Of a stretch of 64,000 bases of DNA, positions 27,338-36,599 are shown one piece after another; within the stretch, counting starts at the first letter, position 1, and each line of letters begins with the position of its first letter. Both the position numbers and the translations under genes were made by a program. The stretch spans positions 8,222-72,221 of the forward strand of contig JBAZNZ010000002.1 in assembly GCA_041648975.1 (NCBI GenBank), in the 5' to 3' direction. This stretch comes from Candidatus Omnitrophota bacterium. GTDB taxonomy: Bacteria; Omnitrophota; Gorgyraeia; 2-01-FULL-45-10. The notes below the pieces were generated by a model, which had not been told where the DNA came from, searched no databases, and was given only the letters and a program-made list of their open reading frames with translations.

Positions 27338-29134
27338 TCAACACCTGCCTGAAACCGAAACCATCTCTTTTATCTCTTTACAAACACCATGCTTTAAAAG
27401 CTCTTCCAAGTATAAGGGGATCGTAAGAGACCAATTGTCTTTGGATATGGTCCCGGGACGGTTTACCCTGTAAGCGTATAGATCCCCTTTATACAGGCCA
27501 GCCATGTTAAGATAATCCATAATAAGCTCAATGCAGAAGATCGAGCGGGAGCTAAGTGTTATCTTTAAGGCAGCGGCAATTGTGTCAGGGCTGGATTTTT
27601 CCTTCATTGACCCTTTAAGCTTAAAGCGCTGCCATAACTTCTCTTTCTCTTCATACGTGTTCTCATACATCTCTATAAAATCCCTTAACTCTTCCGGCCT
27701 TTTGCCCAGAATCCCTACTAACAAATCTACCGATCTTATACTGTCGAGCCATCTTAACCTGCCGTGTTTGGACCGGACAGGATCGAAAAGCCTGTCCTGC
27801 GCGGCTGAGTAATCTATATTACGGTCGAGCGATTTTCTTATGAATAGCGGTTGATCTACGGTTCCTGCCTCATTTTCCCACCACGCTGCCCAGTTCGTCG
27901 TATCGTGGGTAGACAACATCGCTACGGACATCTCACGATATTCTTCAGGATCAAGGAAATCATGCGTCTTTACCCAGTCTTTCGTCCAGCGCTGGACTTC
28001 ATTGCCGGGAATAGCGAACTCTTTAAGCGTTTCAGGGCATGCCTTGGGTATCATGCCGAGGTCTTCGGCGCATAGGAGCATCCTGGTATTCCCGCACATC
28101 ACCGACAGGATAGATACGCCGTGTTCCTTCCACAGGTGCTCATCGGAGGGATCAAATACGCCATTAAGCCCCTCATTCTCCTGCGGATCGTTATACGGGA
28201 TACTCCATATACGGAAAAGGCCGACCACATGGTCCACTCTCAATATATCGTAAAAATTCTCCGCGAATTTGAGTTTCTCTTTAAGATATGTGTAGCTGTC
28301 CGCCGATATCTTGTCCCAGTCATACGTCGGCATCCCCCACCTCTGCCCTTTGGCGCAATACATATCCGGCGGCGCGCCTGCCGCAAAATCCAACTTGAAA
28401 AATTCCGGGTGGGACCAGACATCCGCGCTGTCCCTCGATATCAGTATGGGCAGGTCGCCGCACATCAGGACGTTCTTAGAGCCGGCGCATGACCTGGCTT
28501 CGGCAAATTGTCTATATGCGACCCATTGAGACCACTTCTGGAAATCGACCTCTTTTCCATGTTTTTTTGCGAATATAGCAAGCTCGCGGCCATCATGTTC
28601 TTTATAACGCTCTTCCCATTCATACCATGGCTTACCCTTATGGAACTCTTTCAGGACCTTAAATAGGGCAAAATCGTCAAGCCAATATGCGTTATGATCC
28701 GAGAATTTTTTAAGATCTTTAGCGTCTCCGGCCCCTTGCGCCGAATATATATGCCGCAGGAGTTTTATCTTTTCATCTTTGATCTTATAATCGACATGCT
28801 TTTGCCCGGAAGGATTGGCCTTTCTTGCAGCCTCTATTTTAGCTTGGATGGTTTTGTCGCTCGCCCCCGGGAGAGCGACTAAAGATATGTACATCGGCTC
28901 AAGCGCAAAAGAGCTCACCGCGTCGTAAGGGCAAAAGGTCGATCCCGTTTCGTTCATCGGCAGCAACTGAAGTATAGAGCAGCCCGACTTATGGCAGAAT
29001 TCAATCAGGAGTTTCAGATCATCGAAGTCGCCGATGCCGATGCTGTTCTTCGAATATACCGAAAAAAGAGGCGCCAGTATACCGGCCCTCTTCTGCGTCC
29101 CAGCCTTATTCCAGGTATTTTTTGTCATGGACAC
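27338..29134 (-). CDS. malQ: 4-alpha-glucanotransferase (amylomaltase, GH77)
   Basis: 598 aa with GH77 signature blocks (VRVDHVVGLFRIWSIP, LCAEDLGMIP). Confidence 0.85.
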   Translation of the reverse strand: MSMTKNTWNKAGTQKRAGILAPLFSVYSKNSIGIGDFDDLKLLIEFCHKSGCSILQLLPMNETGSTFCPYDAVSSFALEPMYISLVALPGASDKTIQAKIEAARKANPSGQKHVDYKIKDEKIKLLRHIYSAQGAGDAKDLKKFSDHNAYWLDDFALFKVLKEFHKGKPWYEWEERYKEHDGRELAIFAKKHGKEVDFQKWSQWVAYRQFAEARSCAGSKNVLMCGDLPILISRDSADVWSHPEFFKLDFAAGAPPDMYCAKGQRWGMPTYDWDKISADSYTYLKEKLKFAENFYDILRVDHVVGLFRIWSIPYNDPQENEGLNGVFDPSDEHLWKEHGVSILSVMCGNTRMLLCAEDLGMIPKACPETLKEFAIPGNEVQRWTKDWVKTHDFLDPEEYREMSVAMLSTHDTTNWAAWWENEAGTVDQPLFIRKSLDRNIDYSAAQDRLFDPVRSKHGRLRWLDSIRSVDLLVGILGKRPEELRDFIEMYENTYEEKEKLWQRFKLKGSMKEKSSPDTIAAALKITLSSRSIFCIELIMDYLNMAGLYKGDLYAYRVNRPGTISKDNWSLTIPLYLEELLKHGVCKEIKEMVSVSGRC

Positions 29135-29235
29135 TATATTATATAATTATCTCCTTTAGGTCAAGTTAAAAGAGGACAAGAAATCCTTTCGCTTCGTTCA
29201 TCTGCACGTCAAATAAATTTTATGGGTCCTGCTTC

Positions 29236-29574
29236 TAACCTAAGCCTCGTTATTCGAGCACTGAAAATATTCCCCAGCGCTCTAATACTTGGGTCGGTCT
29301 TTGTTCAGTCGAAAAACGGGAGCCTGCGGCAACTCGGCCGGCGTCCCGCCTTCGGCGGGACGATGATCCGGCCTCGAACCCTCCTTCGTCCCGCCACCTT
29401 TGGCGGCGGTACTTCGGAGGGATTTCGCCGAAGCAATCTATGGTAATACTACGGAATGCGAAGGCGAACAGCCTTGGCTCTTTTAATATCAAAACATTGT
29501 TATATATAACCGTTTTTCTCCATCACAAAGACCTAATATTTTCAATGTGCTCATCATAACGTCGGCTTAGGTTT
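29236..29574. mobile_element. MITE-like palindromic element, copy 2 (339 bp; carries a 90-bp nested insertion at 29380-29469)
   Basis: Same terminal repeats and interior as copy 1. The extra segment, itself hairpin-rich, is flanked by a CGAAC direct repeat. Confidence 0.7.
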
Positions 29575-30052
29575 ATAGCTGCCCAGACATCAGTAACTCC
29601 GGGACGTTTCTATCTGGAAATTTTTCGGGTGACGCGGCTTGAGACTTTTTATGATAAGGGCGAAGTATGGATGGGGTGTCCCGAATACAGCAAGTGTAGT
29701 TCGGGCATATAGATACGCGCTTATATATACCACGGGATTGTAAACCCGTTCCTGCCTTTATGCTTACGGGTGGCAGGAACGGATGGGGTGCCCGAATGTT
29801 AATGACTGTGGTTCGGGATACATAGATACGCGCATAGAATATACCGATATCTAATGACTGAGAGTCAAGTTAGACCGTTATCTACCCCGCATAGTATAAA
29901 GAAATAGGGAGATTGTAAACCCATACGAGCCCTTTAAAAGAAAAAGTCTCAGCCGCGGCAGGACCCGAAAAATTTAATCCTACATGGGCTAGTGTCCGGA
30001 AGCACGCGGCAGACTGGGGATGGGCGAAAAATTTCAAATTTCAAAATTTCTG

Positions 30053-30081
30053 TTGACATAACAGGAGTGCCGTGGTATATT
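30053..30081 (+). promoter_or_regulatory. Sigma70-type promoter (TTGACA, 17-bp spacer, TATATT) with an upstream A/T-phased AAATTTC x3 UP-like tract
   Basis: 30053 TTGACA. 17-nt spacer TAACAGGAGTGCCGTGG. TATATT at 30076. About 175 nt upstream of the cspA ATG. Confidence 0.65.
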
Positions 30082-30115
30082 ATTACTGCAGTTAAGAAGG
30101 ATAGGAGATCTTGGA

Positions 30116-30151
30116 CCGTAAGGCTGGATTGACCGACCTTGCGGTTTTTTT
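30116..30151 (+). terminator. Intrinsic terminator/attenuator inside the cspA leader
   Basis: Stem CCGTAAGG ... CCTTGCGG (one G-U pair) followed by TTTTTTT at 30145-30151. Confidence 0.55.
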
Positions 30152-30255
30152 ATTCGCTGTCGCTGTCATAGGCGAATAATCCGCCAACGCTTTATGGCGG
30201 ATGATCATTATCCCGTATTTGCTGCAATTTTCAGCGAAAGGAGGCAACAAGATCA

Positions 30256-30456
30256 ATGGTTAAAGGAAAAGTAAAATGGTTCTCAAACGAGAAAGGTTAT
30301 GGGTTTATTACTCCTGAAAACGGAAATGATGTATTCGTGCATCACACTTCGATTCAGGGTGAAGGCTATAAGTCTTTGGAGGAAGGCCAGGATGTCGAGT
30401 TAGATATCGTGCAGGGCCCCAAAGGCGAACAAGCTGCAAACGTAGTGAAGTTATAA
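30256..30456 (+). CDS. cspA: Cold-shock protein (CspA family)
   Basis: 66 aa. RNP1 and RNP2 motifs KGYGFI and VFVHH. Confidence 0.9.
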   Translation: MVKGKVKWFSNEKGYGFITPENGNDVFVHHTSIQGEGYKSLEEGQDVELDIVQGPKGEQAANVVKL

Positions 30457-30474
30457 CCGGGTGAGAATAATAAA

Positions 30475-30512
30475 CCATCTTCCTGATTTTATTCAGGAGG
30501 GTGGTTTTTTTA
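30475..30512 (+). terminator. Intrinsic terminator after cspA
   Basis: Stem CCATCTTCCTGA / TCAGGAGGGTGG followed by TTTTTTTA. Confidence 0.65.
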
Positions 30513-30554
30513 TTTCAAATACCGCTCAATTGACAAGGCCGCTTTAAGCGTGCT

Positions 30555-31298
30555 ATGATATCCCGTATGACACAGGCTATAGTCACTATAGCAAAAAATT
30601 TCATGAATCTGCTGTATCCTATGCGGTGTTACGCCTGCGGGAAGGATCTCGAAGCGTTGAACAAATACGGCGTCTGCGACGACTGCGTTAGCCGCATACG
30701 AAAGAATCCAGCGCCGTTCTGCCGCATTTGCGGCCGCCCCGTGGAAAAAAGTTCATGTCTGTGCGCCGAATGCAAAAGATCGGCCCCGTTTTTCGACAGG
30801 GCGTATTCGGCGTACCTTTATGAAGGCGTACTTAAAGAACTTATCCATAAATTCAAATATAATGGCAAGATACGGTTATCCCGCATATTGTCAAAACATA
30901 CGGCTGACTTTATTGAAGATAACGGCGATATAGTTAAAGATATAGACATTATAACCTGCGTTCCGCTGCAAAATAACCGTTTAAGGGAGAGAGGCTTCAA
31001 TCAGTCCAGGATACTGGCTTTCAATATATCCGAAAGGGCCGGGATTCCGTTTGCCGATACATTGGAAAAGCGCGTATCTACAAGACACCAGAATGAGCTG
31101 TCCAGGGACGAAAGGCTGTCCAACCTGAAAGGCGCATTCGCGGTCAGGGCTGAGGCAGACATCTATGGCCTTGCTGTATTATTGATAGACGACGTGATGA
31201 CAACGGGGGCGACCCTGAGCGAATGCTCCAGGGCGCTCCGGGATGCCGGCGCCAAAGAGGTGCGTTGTCTTACACTGGCGCGGGGCGTTGGAAATTGA
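30555..31298 (+). CDS. comFC: ComF-family phosphoribosyltransferase-domain protein
   Basis: N-terminal double zinc-finger cysteines (CYACGK...CDDC, CRICGR...CAEC). C-terminal PRTase motif LLIDDVMTTGATL. Confidence 0.75.
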   Translation: MISRMTQAIVTIAKNFMNLLYPMRCYACGKDLEALNKYGVCDDCVSRIRKNPAPFCRICGRPVEKSSCLCAECKRSAPFFDRAYSAYLYEGVLKELIHKFKYNGKIRLSRILSKHTADFIEDNGDIVKDIDIITCVPLQNNRLRERGFNQSRILAFNISERAGIPFADTLEKRVSTRHQNELSRDERLSNLKGAFAVRAEADIYGLAVLLIDDVMTTGATLSECSRALRDAGAKEVRCLTLARGVGN

Positions 31299-31359
31299 CA
31301 TCAACTTAATCACTTAATTACTTAATCGCTTAATAGCTAAGTCGGACATAACTCCATAC

Positions 31360-32451
31360 ATGAAGATAATAGATAAATATATAGTCAAGGGTTTCGTGGG
31401 GCCTTTTATATGGTGCACATTTGTATTCCTTATAATGGCCGTCATAATAGATATATTCTCGTTTATCGACGATATTGTTAAGTTCAAGATACCGGCGATG
31501 TCGATCTTCAATTTTTATCTATACTATTCGCCTACAATATTCATACAGGTAACGCCGATGGCGATACTCCTCTCAACCATATATATACTAAGCAACCTCA
31601 ATAAGCATAACGAGGTGACCGCTATGAAATCGAGCGGCATAAGCCTGTGGCGAATAATGGCCCCCATACTGATAATAGGAACGATCGTCGCGTCAGTCAT
31701 ATTCATAGTCAACGACAGGGTAATACCGCCCACATCCAGGAAGGCCGCCGATATCAGGCGTTATGAGCTCGAGAAAGAAAAGCGCAAACAGAGCGCTCAG
31801 AAGATAGTGGAGAACGTCGCGATATACGGTTCCGGGAATAAGATAATTTTTGCGCGGAACTACGATACCGAAAAAAAGACCCTGGGGGATATAATAATAC
31901 ACCAGCACGACAAGGCCGAGAATCTCGTGTCCAAGATCACTGCCCAAAGCGGCACATGGACAGAGGACGGATGGAAGTTCAAAAAGGTCATAATGTGGAA
32001 GATAGATAATTCGGGCAGGATACTGCAGGAACCCTTATTCTTCGATGAGAGGATAATCGCCCTTAAAGAGAAGCCCTCCGATTTCGCTAACCGGGAATGG
32101 CGCGCCGATTACATGAGTCACAGGGAGTTAAAGAATTACATAAAAAATTTTGAGGGCACTGGAACAAGGCTGATTAAGAGCCTGCAGGTAGACCTGCATT
32201 ACAAGGTAGCTTTTTCTCTCATAAGCCTTATAATCATACTGATAGGGGCGCCGTTCGCTTTGATAACTACCCGCGGCGGCGTTTTGATAGGCATGGGCAT
32301 GAGCATAGCGATAGGCCTCCTCTACTACGCCTTTATCGCCATAAGCCTCGCGTTCGGAAAAGCGGGGTTTCTGCCTCCTGTAGTTGCGGCATGGTCCGGC
32401 AACGTCGTATTCACTATCCTCGGAATATATCTGATAAATAAGAGAAGTTAG
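31360..32451 (+). CDS. lptG: LptF/LptG-family lipopolysaccharide export permease
   Basis: 363 aa. Start MKIIDKYIVKGFVGPF, typical of YjgP/YjgQ permeases. Six TM helices with a central periplasmic domain. F versus G assignment uncertain. Confidence 0.7.
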   Translation: MKIIDKYIVKGFVGPFIWCTFVFLIMAVIIDIFSFIDDIVKFKIPAMSIFNFYLYYSPTIFIQVTPMAILLSTIYILSNLNKHNEVTAMKSSGISLWRIMAPILIIGTIVASVIFIVNDRVIPPTSRKAADIRRYELEKEKRKQSAQKIVENVAIYGSGNKIIFARNYDTEKKTLGDIIIHQHDKAENLVSKITAQSGTWTEDGWKFKKVIMWKIDNSGRILQEPLFFDERIIALKEKPSDFANREWRADYMSHRELKNYIKNFEGTGTRLIKSLQVDLHYKVAFSLISLIIILIGAPFALITTRGGVLIGMGMSIAIGLLYYAFIAISLAFGKAGFLPPVVAAWSGNVVFTILGIYLINKRS

Positions 32452-33779
32452 TCCGCGCCTTCGTGGCTTATCTCTACTTTACCTTCGGGCATCTTACTCT
32501 TCCTGGATATGACCCTTCTTAATGTCGTATGTTTTAATACGATATCTTTTGTGTTCCCGACGTTCAATTTTTCAAAAAGGAACTCGAACTTCGCCTCTAC
32601 CTCTTTCGCGATCGCGTCCCGCGTGTCGGCTGGAAGGCCAAGAATATCCTTCTTAAAAGCGCCGAGAGCTTTCTTCCTGGAACTGTATATGAACTGCTCG
32701 TCGGTCTGGTCGGCCTTCTTTTCTCCGGCCATGTTCTTCCTTATCCAGTCGTATATCCTATCCTTCAGTTCTTTCGGGAAATGGCCGGATTCATACACCA
32801 TGTTCTGGAACTCTGTCGCGAGATGCACCTCCGCGGTCCCGACCTCGGGGAATTTTCCGAACGCCTCAGCGGGAAGGGTCGAGGCTCCGTGCTGGACGGC
32901 CCCGGCGAGGGCGTATTCTTCGCGCGCTATCTTGGACAGGTTCTTCAGGGTGTCAAAATCCAGTTTAACCTTGGCTATCGTGCCGTCAGGCAAAACGACC
33001 CCGCCATGCGACGTGCCGGTCTGTATGCTTATCTTCGATATACCACATCTGCCCTTGCGAAGCCTCTCTTTATAACCTTCCATAAATGCGCGCAGATCCT
33101 CGGGGGTCGAATTTTTGCTGCCGACCTCCCCTATCTCCCCGCCGACAGATACCTCTATACCGCGCGGCTGGTTCTGCCGGATAAAGTTAGTAAGCTTGGC
33201 GCAGACTTCGTAGTTGAGCTCCTGCTGTTTTTTAATAGAGCTTTTAGATAGATCAACAAGGGTGGACGAGTCTATATCGATATTGTAAAAACCGCCTTCC
33301 ATCGCCTGGATTATCAGGGCTTTTATGCTCTCCAGCTCCTTTTCAGGATCCTTCTCGTAATTCTTGTGGCTTACCTGAAAATGGTCTCCCTGGATGAATA
33401 TGGGGCCCTTCCATCCTTCTTTCATGGCCGCGGCCAGACATACGGCGGTATATTCAACCGCAGGCTGGTTTGTATATCCCATTTCCGATTTTGCTATTTC
33501 AAATATAAAAGGTCCGGCATTATTGCGCTTAGCCACCCTGAATATCGCCTTTGCCAGATCATAGGTAAGCGTCCTCAGGTTTATCGCGGGCACCGTGAAA
33601 GCCGCGGGAAATTCTCCCTTACCGCGCGCCATGTAGAACTCATTTATGCTCGACGGGTATACCCCGCCTTTGTAAGCCAGCCCCGCGATCTTCTTTGCGA
33701 TTTTTTTCTTATCATCAATATTTTCCGTCAGCGCAAGATCCAGCGCCAACTTGTCCATATCTAGCGGTCTTCGTCCCAT
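32448..33779 (-). CDS. fba: Class II (metal-dependent) fructose/ketose-bisphosphate aldolase, long form
   Basis: Class II aldolase motifs GDHFQ, TGTSHG, QHGAST. 443 aa. Confidence 0.7.
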   Translation of the reverse strand: MGRRPLDMDKLALDLALTENIDDKKKIAKKIAGLAYKGGVYPSSINEFYMARGKGEFPAAFTVPAINLRTLTYDLAKAIFRVAKRNNAGPFIFEIAKSEMGYTNQPAVEYTAVCLAAAMKEGWKGPIFIQGDHFQVSHKNYEKDPEKELESIKALIIQAMEGGFYNIDIDSSTLVDLSKSSIKKQQELNYEVCAKLTNFIRQNQPRGIEVSVGGEIGEVGSKNSTPEDLRAFMEGYKERLRKGRCGISKISIQTGTSHGGVVLPDGTIAKVKLDFDTLKNLSKIAREEYALAGAVQHGASTLPAEAFGKFPEVGTAEVHLATEFQNMVYESGHFPKELKDRIYDWIRKNMAGEKKADQTDEQFIYSSRKKALGAFKKDILGLPADTRDAIAKEVEAKFEFLFEKLNVGNTKDIVLKHTTLRRVISRKSKMPEGKVEISHEGAD

Positions 33780-33805
33780 TTTAAGTCAATCTCCTCTCTT
33801 AAGTT

Positions 33806-33936
33806 AAATTCGAAATACGAATATCGAAATCCGAAACAAATTCTAAATCCTGATTTCCAAAACATCACTTCTTATCATTAGAATTTTCGAACATTCGGAT
33901 TTGTTTCGAATTTCGGATTTCGAGCTTCGAATTTTA
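33806..33936. repeat. Inverted arrays of CGAAATN-type heptamer repeats between the ahcY stop and the fba start
   Basis: Left AAATTCGAAATACGAATATCGAAATCCGAAACAAATTC. Right GAATTTTCGAACATTCGGATTTGTTTCGAATTTCGGATTTCGAGCTTCGAATTTTA. Confidence 0.7.
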
Positions 33937-33940
33937 CCCT

Positions 33941-35197
33941 TTATGTCCCCATCTCCCAGCTATCCAGATATTTCTCCTGCTCCTCGGTAAGAGTATCTAT
34001 CTTTATGCCGAGAGACTCAAGTTTAAGTTTCGCGATGTTCTTGTCTATGAAATCCGGGACTTTATATACCTTTTTGCCGAGTTTTTTGTAATTCTTGGCT
34101 AAATATTCGCAGGCCAACGCCTGGTTCGCGAAGCTCATGTCCATTACGCTGGCAGGATGGCCCTCAGCGGCGGCGAGATTGATGAGCCTGCCTTCGCCCA
34201 GCAGGTTTACGCGCCTGCCGTCCTTCAAGGTGTATTCATCGACAAATTCCCTGACCTTGCGTTTTCCCTTAGCGATCTTTTCCAGGGCCGGTATGTCTAT
34301 CTCAACGTTAAAATGGCCGGAATTGGCGACTATCGCGCCGTCTTTCATAAGCTCAAAATGCTCTTTCCTTATGACGTTTATATCGCCGGTCAGCGTAACG
34401 AATACATCCATCTTTTTGCAGGCCTCTCTAAGAGGCATCACATTAAATCCTTCCATGACAGCCTCGAGAGCCTTTAACGGATCGACTTCGATTATCGTCA
34501 CATTGGCGCCCATGCCTCTTGCGCGCATCGCAACGCCTCTTCCGCACCAGCCATAGCCGCATACCGCGAAATTCGATCCAGCCATAAGGACGTTGGTCGA
34601 GCGTATTATGCCGTCGATGGTAGACTGGCCGGTCCCGTAACGGTTGTCGAACAGGTGTTTTGTATCCGCGTCGTTCACGGCGATTATAGGGTAAAGAAGG
34701 AGATTCCTCTTCTCCATGCTCCTTAAACGTATAACGCCGGTCGTCGTCTCTTCGGTCCCGCCCAGCATATTTTTGGCCAGCGAGCCCTTAGATTTGTGGA
34801 CAGTCGAAACGAGGTCCGCGCCGTCGTCCATGGTTATGTTCGGCGAGGTTTCGAGGACGCTGTTTATGTGACTGTAGTATTTTTTGTTGTCCTCCCCCTT
34901 TATGGCGAAGGTGCTTATCTTCATGTCCTTCACCATCGAGGCGGCGACGTCATCCTGCGTACTCAACGGGTTAGAAGCGCATACGGACACAAGCGCCCCC
35001 CCTTCTTTTAAGGTAAGGGCGAGATTAGCCGTCTCTGTCGTTACGTGGAGGCAGCACGATACCTTCAACCCTGCAAGCGGCCTTTCTTTCCTGAAATGTT
35101 TCCGGACGAGCTGCAGGACGCGCATATACTCGTTCGCCCACTCTATGCGCAATTTACCCTTTCCAGCGAGTTTTAGATCTTTGACATCATATTGCAT
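33941..35197 (-). CDS. ahcY: Adenosylhomocysteinase
   Basis: 418 aa with an NAD-binding [10 protein letters not shown] block, conserved throughout. Confidence 0.9.
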   Translation of the reverse strand: MQYDVKDLKLAGKGKLRIEWANEYMRVLQLVRKHFRKERPLAGLKVSCCLHVTTETANLALTLKEGGALVSVCASNPLSTQDDVAASMVKDMKISTFAIKGEDNKKYYSHINSVLETSPNITMDDGADLVSTVHKSKGSLAKNMLGGTEETTTGVIRLRSMEKRNLLLYPIIAVNDADTKHLFDNRYGTGQSTIDGIIRSTNVLMAGSNFAVCGYGWCGRGVAMRARGMGANVTIIEVDPLKALEAVMEGFNVMPLREACKKMDVFVTLTGDINVIRKEHFELMKDGAIVANSGHFNVEIDIPALEKIAKGKRKVREFVDEYTLKDGRRVNLLGEGRLINLAAAEGHPASVMDMSFANQALACEYLAKNYKKLGKKVYKVPDFIDKNIAKLKLESLGIKIDTLTEEQEKYLDSWEMGT

Positions 35198-35213
35198 GGT
35201 ATATCTCCGCGTT

Positions 35214-35301
35214 AGTTATAAGTTGTAAGTTTTAAGTTTTAAGTCGCAAGCTATCAACAATTCGCTTACGACTTACAACTTACGACTTACGACTACTTAA
35301 C
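35214..35301. repeat. Inverted arrays of TAAGTTN / ACTTACN heptamer repeats between the metK stop and the ahcY start
   Basis: Left gttaTAAGTTGTAAGTTTTAAGTTTTAAGTCGCAAGC. Right GCTTACGACTTACAACTTACGACTTACGACTACTTAAC. The right arm overlaps the last metK codons. Confidence 0.8.
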
Positions 35302-36465
35302 ATACTTCTTTAAATCCTTCGCCACATCCGTCTTTTCCCAGGTAAACCCTTCTTCGGTCCTGCCGAAATGTCCGTAAGCGGCCGTCTTCCTGTACCTTGT
35401 GCCGTCGGATTCCCGCAACTTCAAAGTGGCTATTATTCCCTGAGGCGTAAGCTCGAAATGCTCCCTTATCACCTTCTCGATCTTCTCATCGCTTATCTTT
35501 CCGGTCACGTATGTATTGATCATCATGGATACCGGTTCGGCGCGTCCGATGACATAAGCAAGCTGTATAAAGAGCTTATCGGCGATGCCTGCGGCGACTA
35601 TGTTCTTGGCTATATACCTTCCCATGTATGCGCCGGAACGGTCGACCTTTGTGGGGTCTTTTCCTGAAAAAGCCCCGCCGCCGTGGGACACGGTACCGCC
35701 GTATGTGTCGACTATGATCTTGCGGCCGGTCATACCGGTATCCGACTGCGGCCCGCCGATCACGAATTTACCGGTCTGGTTAATAAAGAATTCCGTCTCC
35801 TTATCGATGTAATTTTTCAGGACCGGAAGCGCCACCTTTTCGATTATCTCTTCCCTTGCCTTCTTTGAGAGCATGTCGGTCTTCTTATCAACAACGTCTT
35901 CGGTATGCTGGCTCGCGAGGACGACTGAATTCACCTTAACCGGTTTGCCGTCGTGATATTCCACCGTGACCTGCGATTTTCCGTCGGGTCCGAGATATTT
36001 CAGCTCGTTGCTCTTTCTCACCTCAGCCAGTTTCCGGCAAAGTTTATGAGCGAGCATTATCGGCAGCGGCATAAGTTCCGGCGTCTCCTTGCAGGCATAT
36101 CCCATCATCATGCCCTGGTCTCCGGCCCCGCCTTTGTCTACTCCCATGGCAATGTCCGGCGACTGCGTATGTATGGCGTTCAATATGGCGCATGTGTGAT
36201 GATCGAACCCGTATTTAGGATGTGTGTAGCCTATATCCTTCAGCAGGCTTCGACACAGTTTATGTATATCCACATATGCCGTTGTCGTTATCTCCCCGCC
36301 TACTATTATAAGGCCCATGGTAACATAAGTCTCGCATGCGACCCTGCCTGCCGGATCCTGTTTCAATACCTCGTCAAGGACGCTGTCGGAAACCTGGTCA
36401 CATACCTTGTCGGGATGGCCTTCCGTTACGCTTTCCGATGTGAACAGATATTTATTCTTCGTCAT
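35293..36465 (-). CDS. metK: S-adenosylmethionine synthetase
   Basis: [13 protein letters not shown]-terminal motif. 390 aa. Confidence 0.9.
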   Translation of the reverse strand: MTKNKYLFTSESVTEGHPDKVCDQVSDSVLDEVLKQDPAGRVACETYVTMGLIIVGGEITTTAYVDIHKLCRSLLKDIGYTHPKYGFDHHTCAILNAIHTQSPDIAMGVDKGGAGDQGMMMGYACKETPELMPLPIMLAHKLCRKLAEVRKSNELKYLGPDGKSQVTVEYHDGKPVKVNSVVLASQHTEDVVDKKTDMLSKKAREEIIEKVALPVLKNYIDKETEFFINQTGKFVIGGPQSDTGMTGRKIIVDTYGGTVSHGGGAFSGKDPTKVDRSGAYMGRYIAKNIVAAGIADKLFIQLAYVIGRAEPVSMMINTYVTGKISDEKIEKVIREHFELTPQGIIATLKLRESDGTRYRKTAAYGHFGRTEEGFTWEKTDVAKDLKKYVK

Positions 36466-36599
36466 CTTCCCTTCTCCTTTTTAAATGAGGCCTCAACTTA
36501 TGGAGCGATAGCGAACATAAGTTGTCCGGATTGCTCAAACGTTGGGCCGAATTTAATGCCGAAAGATACATTTAAAAAGCCCATGCTTTTCGATACAAA

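Noticed and set aside
29222-29492. ORFs 29222..29446 (+) and 29250..29492 (-)
   Set aside because: Both lie within MITE-like copy 2 and its 90-bp insertion, overlap each other on opposite strands, and consist of low-complexity Arg/Gly-rich translation of GC hairpins.
36466-36599. SAM riboswitch upstream of metK
   Set aside because: The leader contains a hairpin (GCCGAAAGATA...TATCTTTCGGC), but I could not recognise SAM-I, SAM-II/V or SAM-VI conserved cores. It is more likely the terminator of the upstream nucleotidyltransferase gene.
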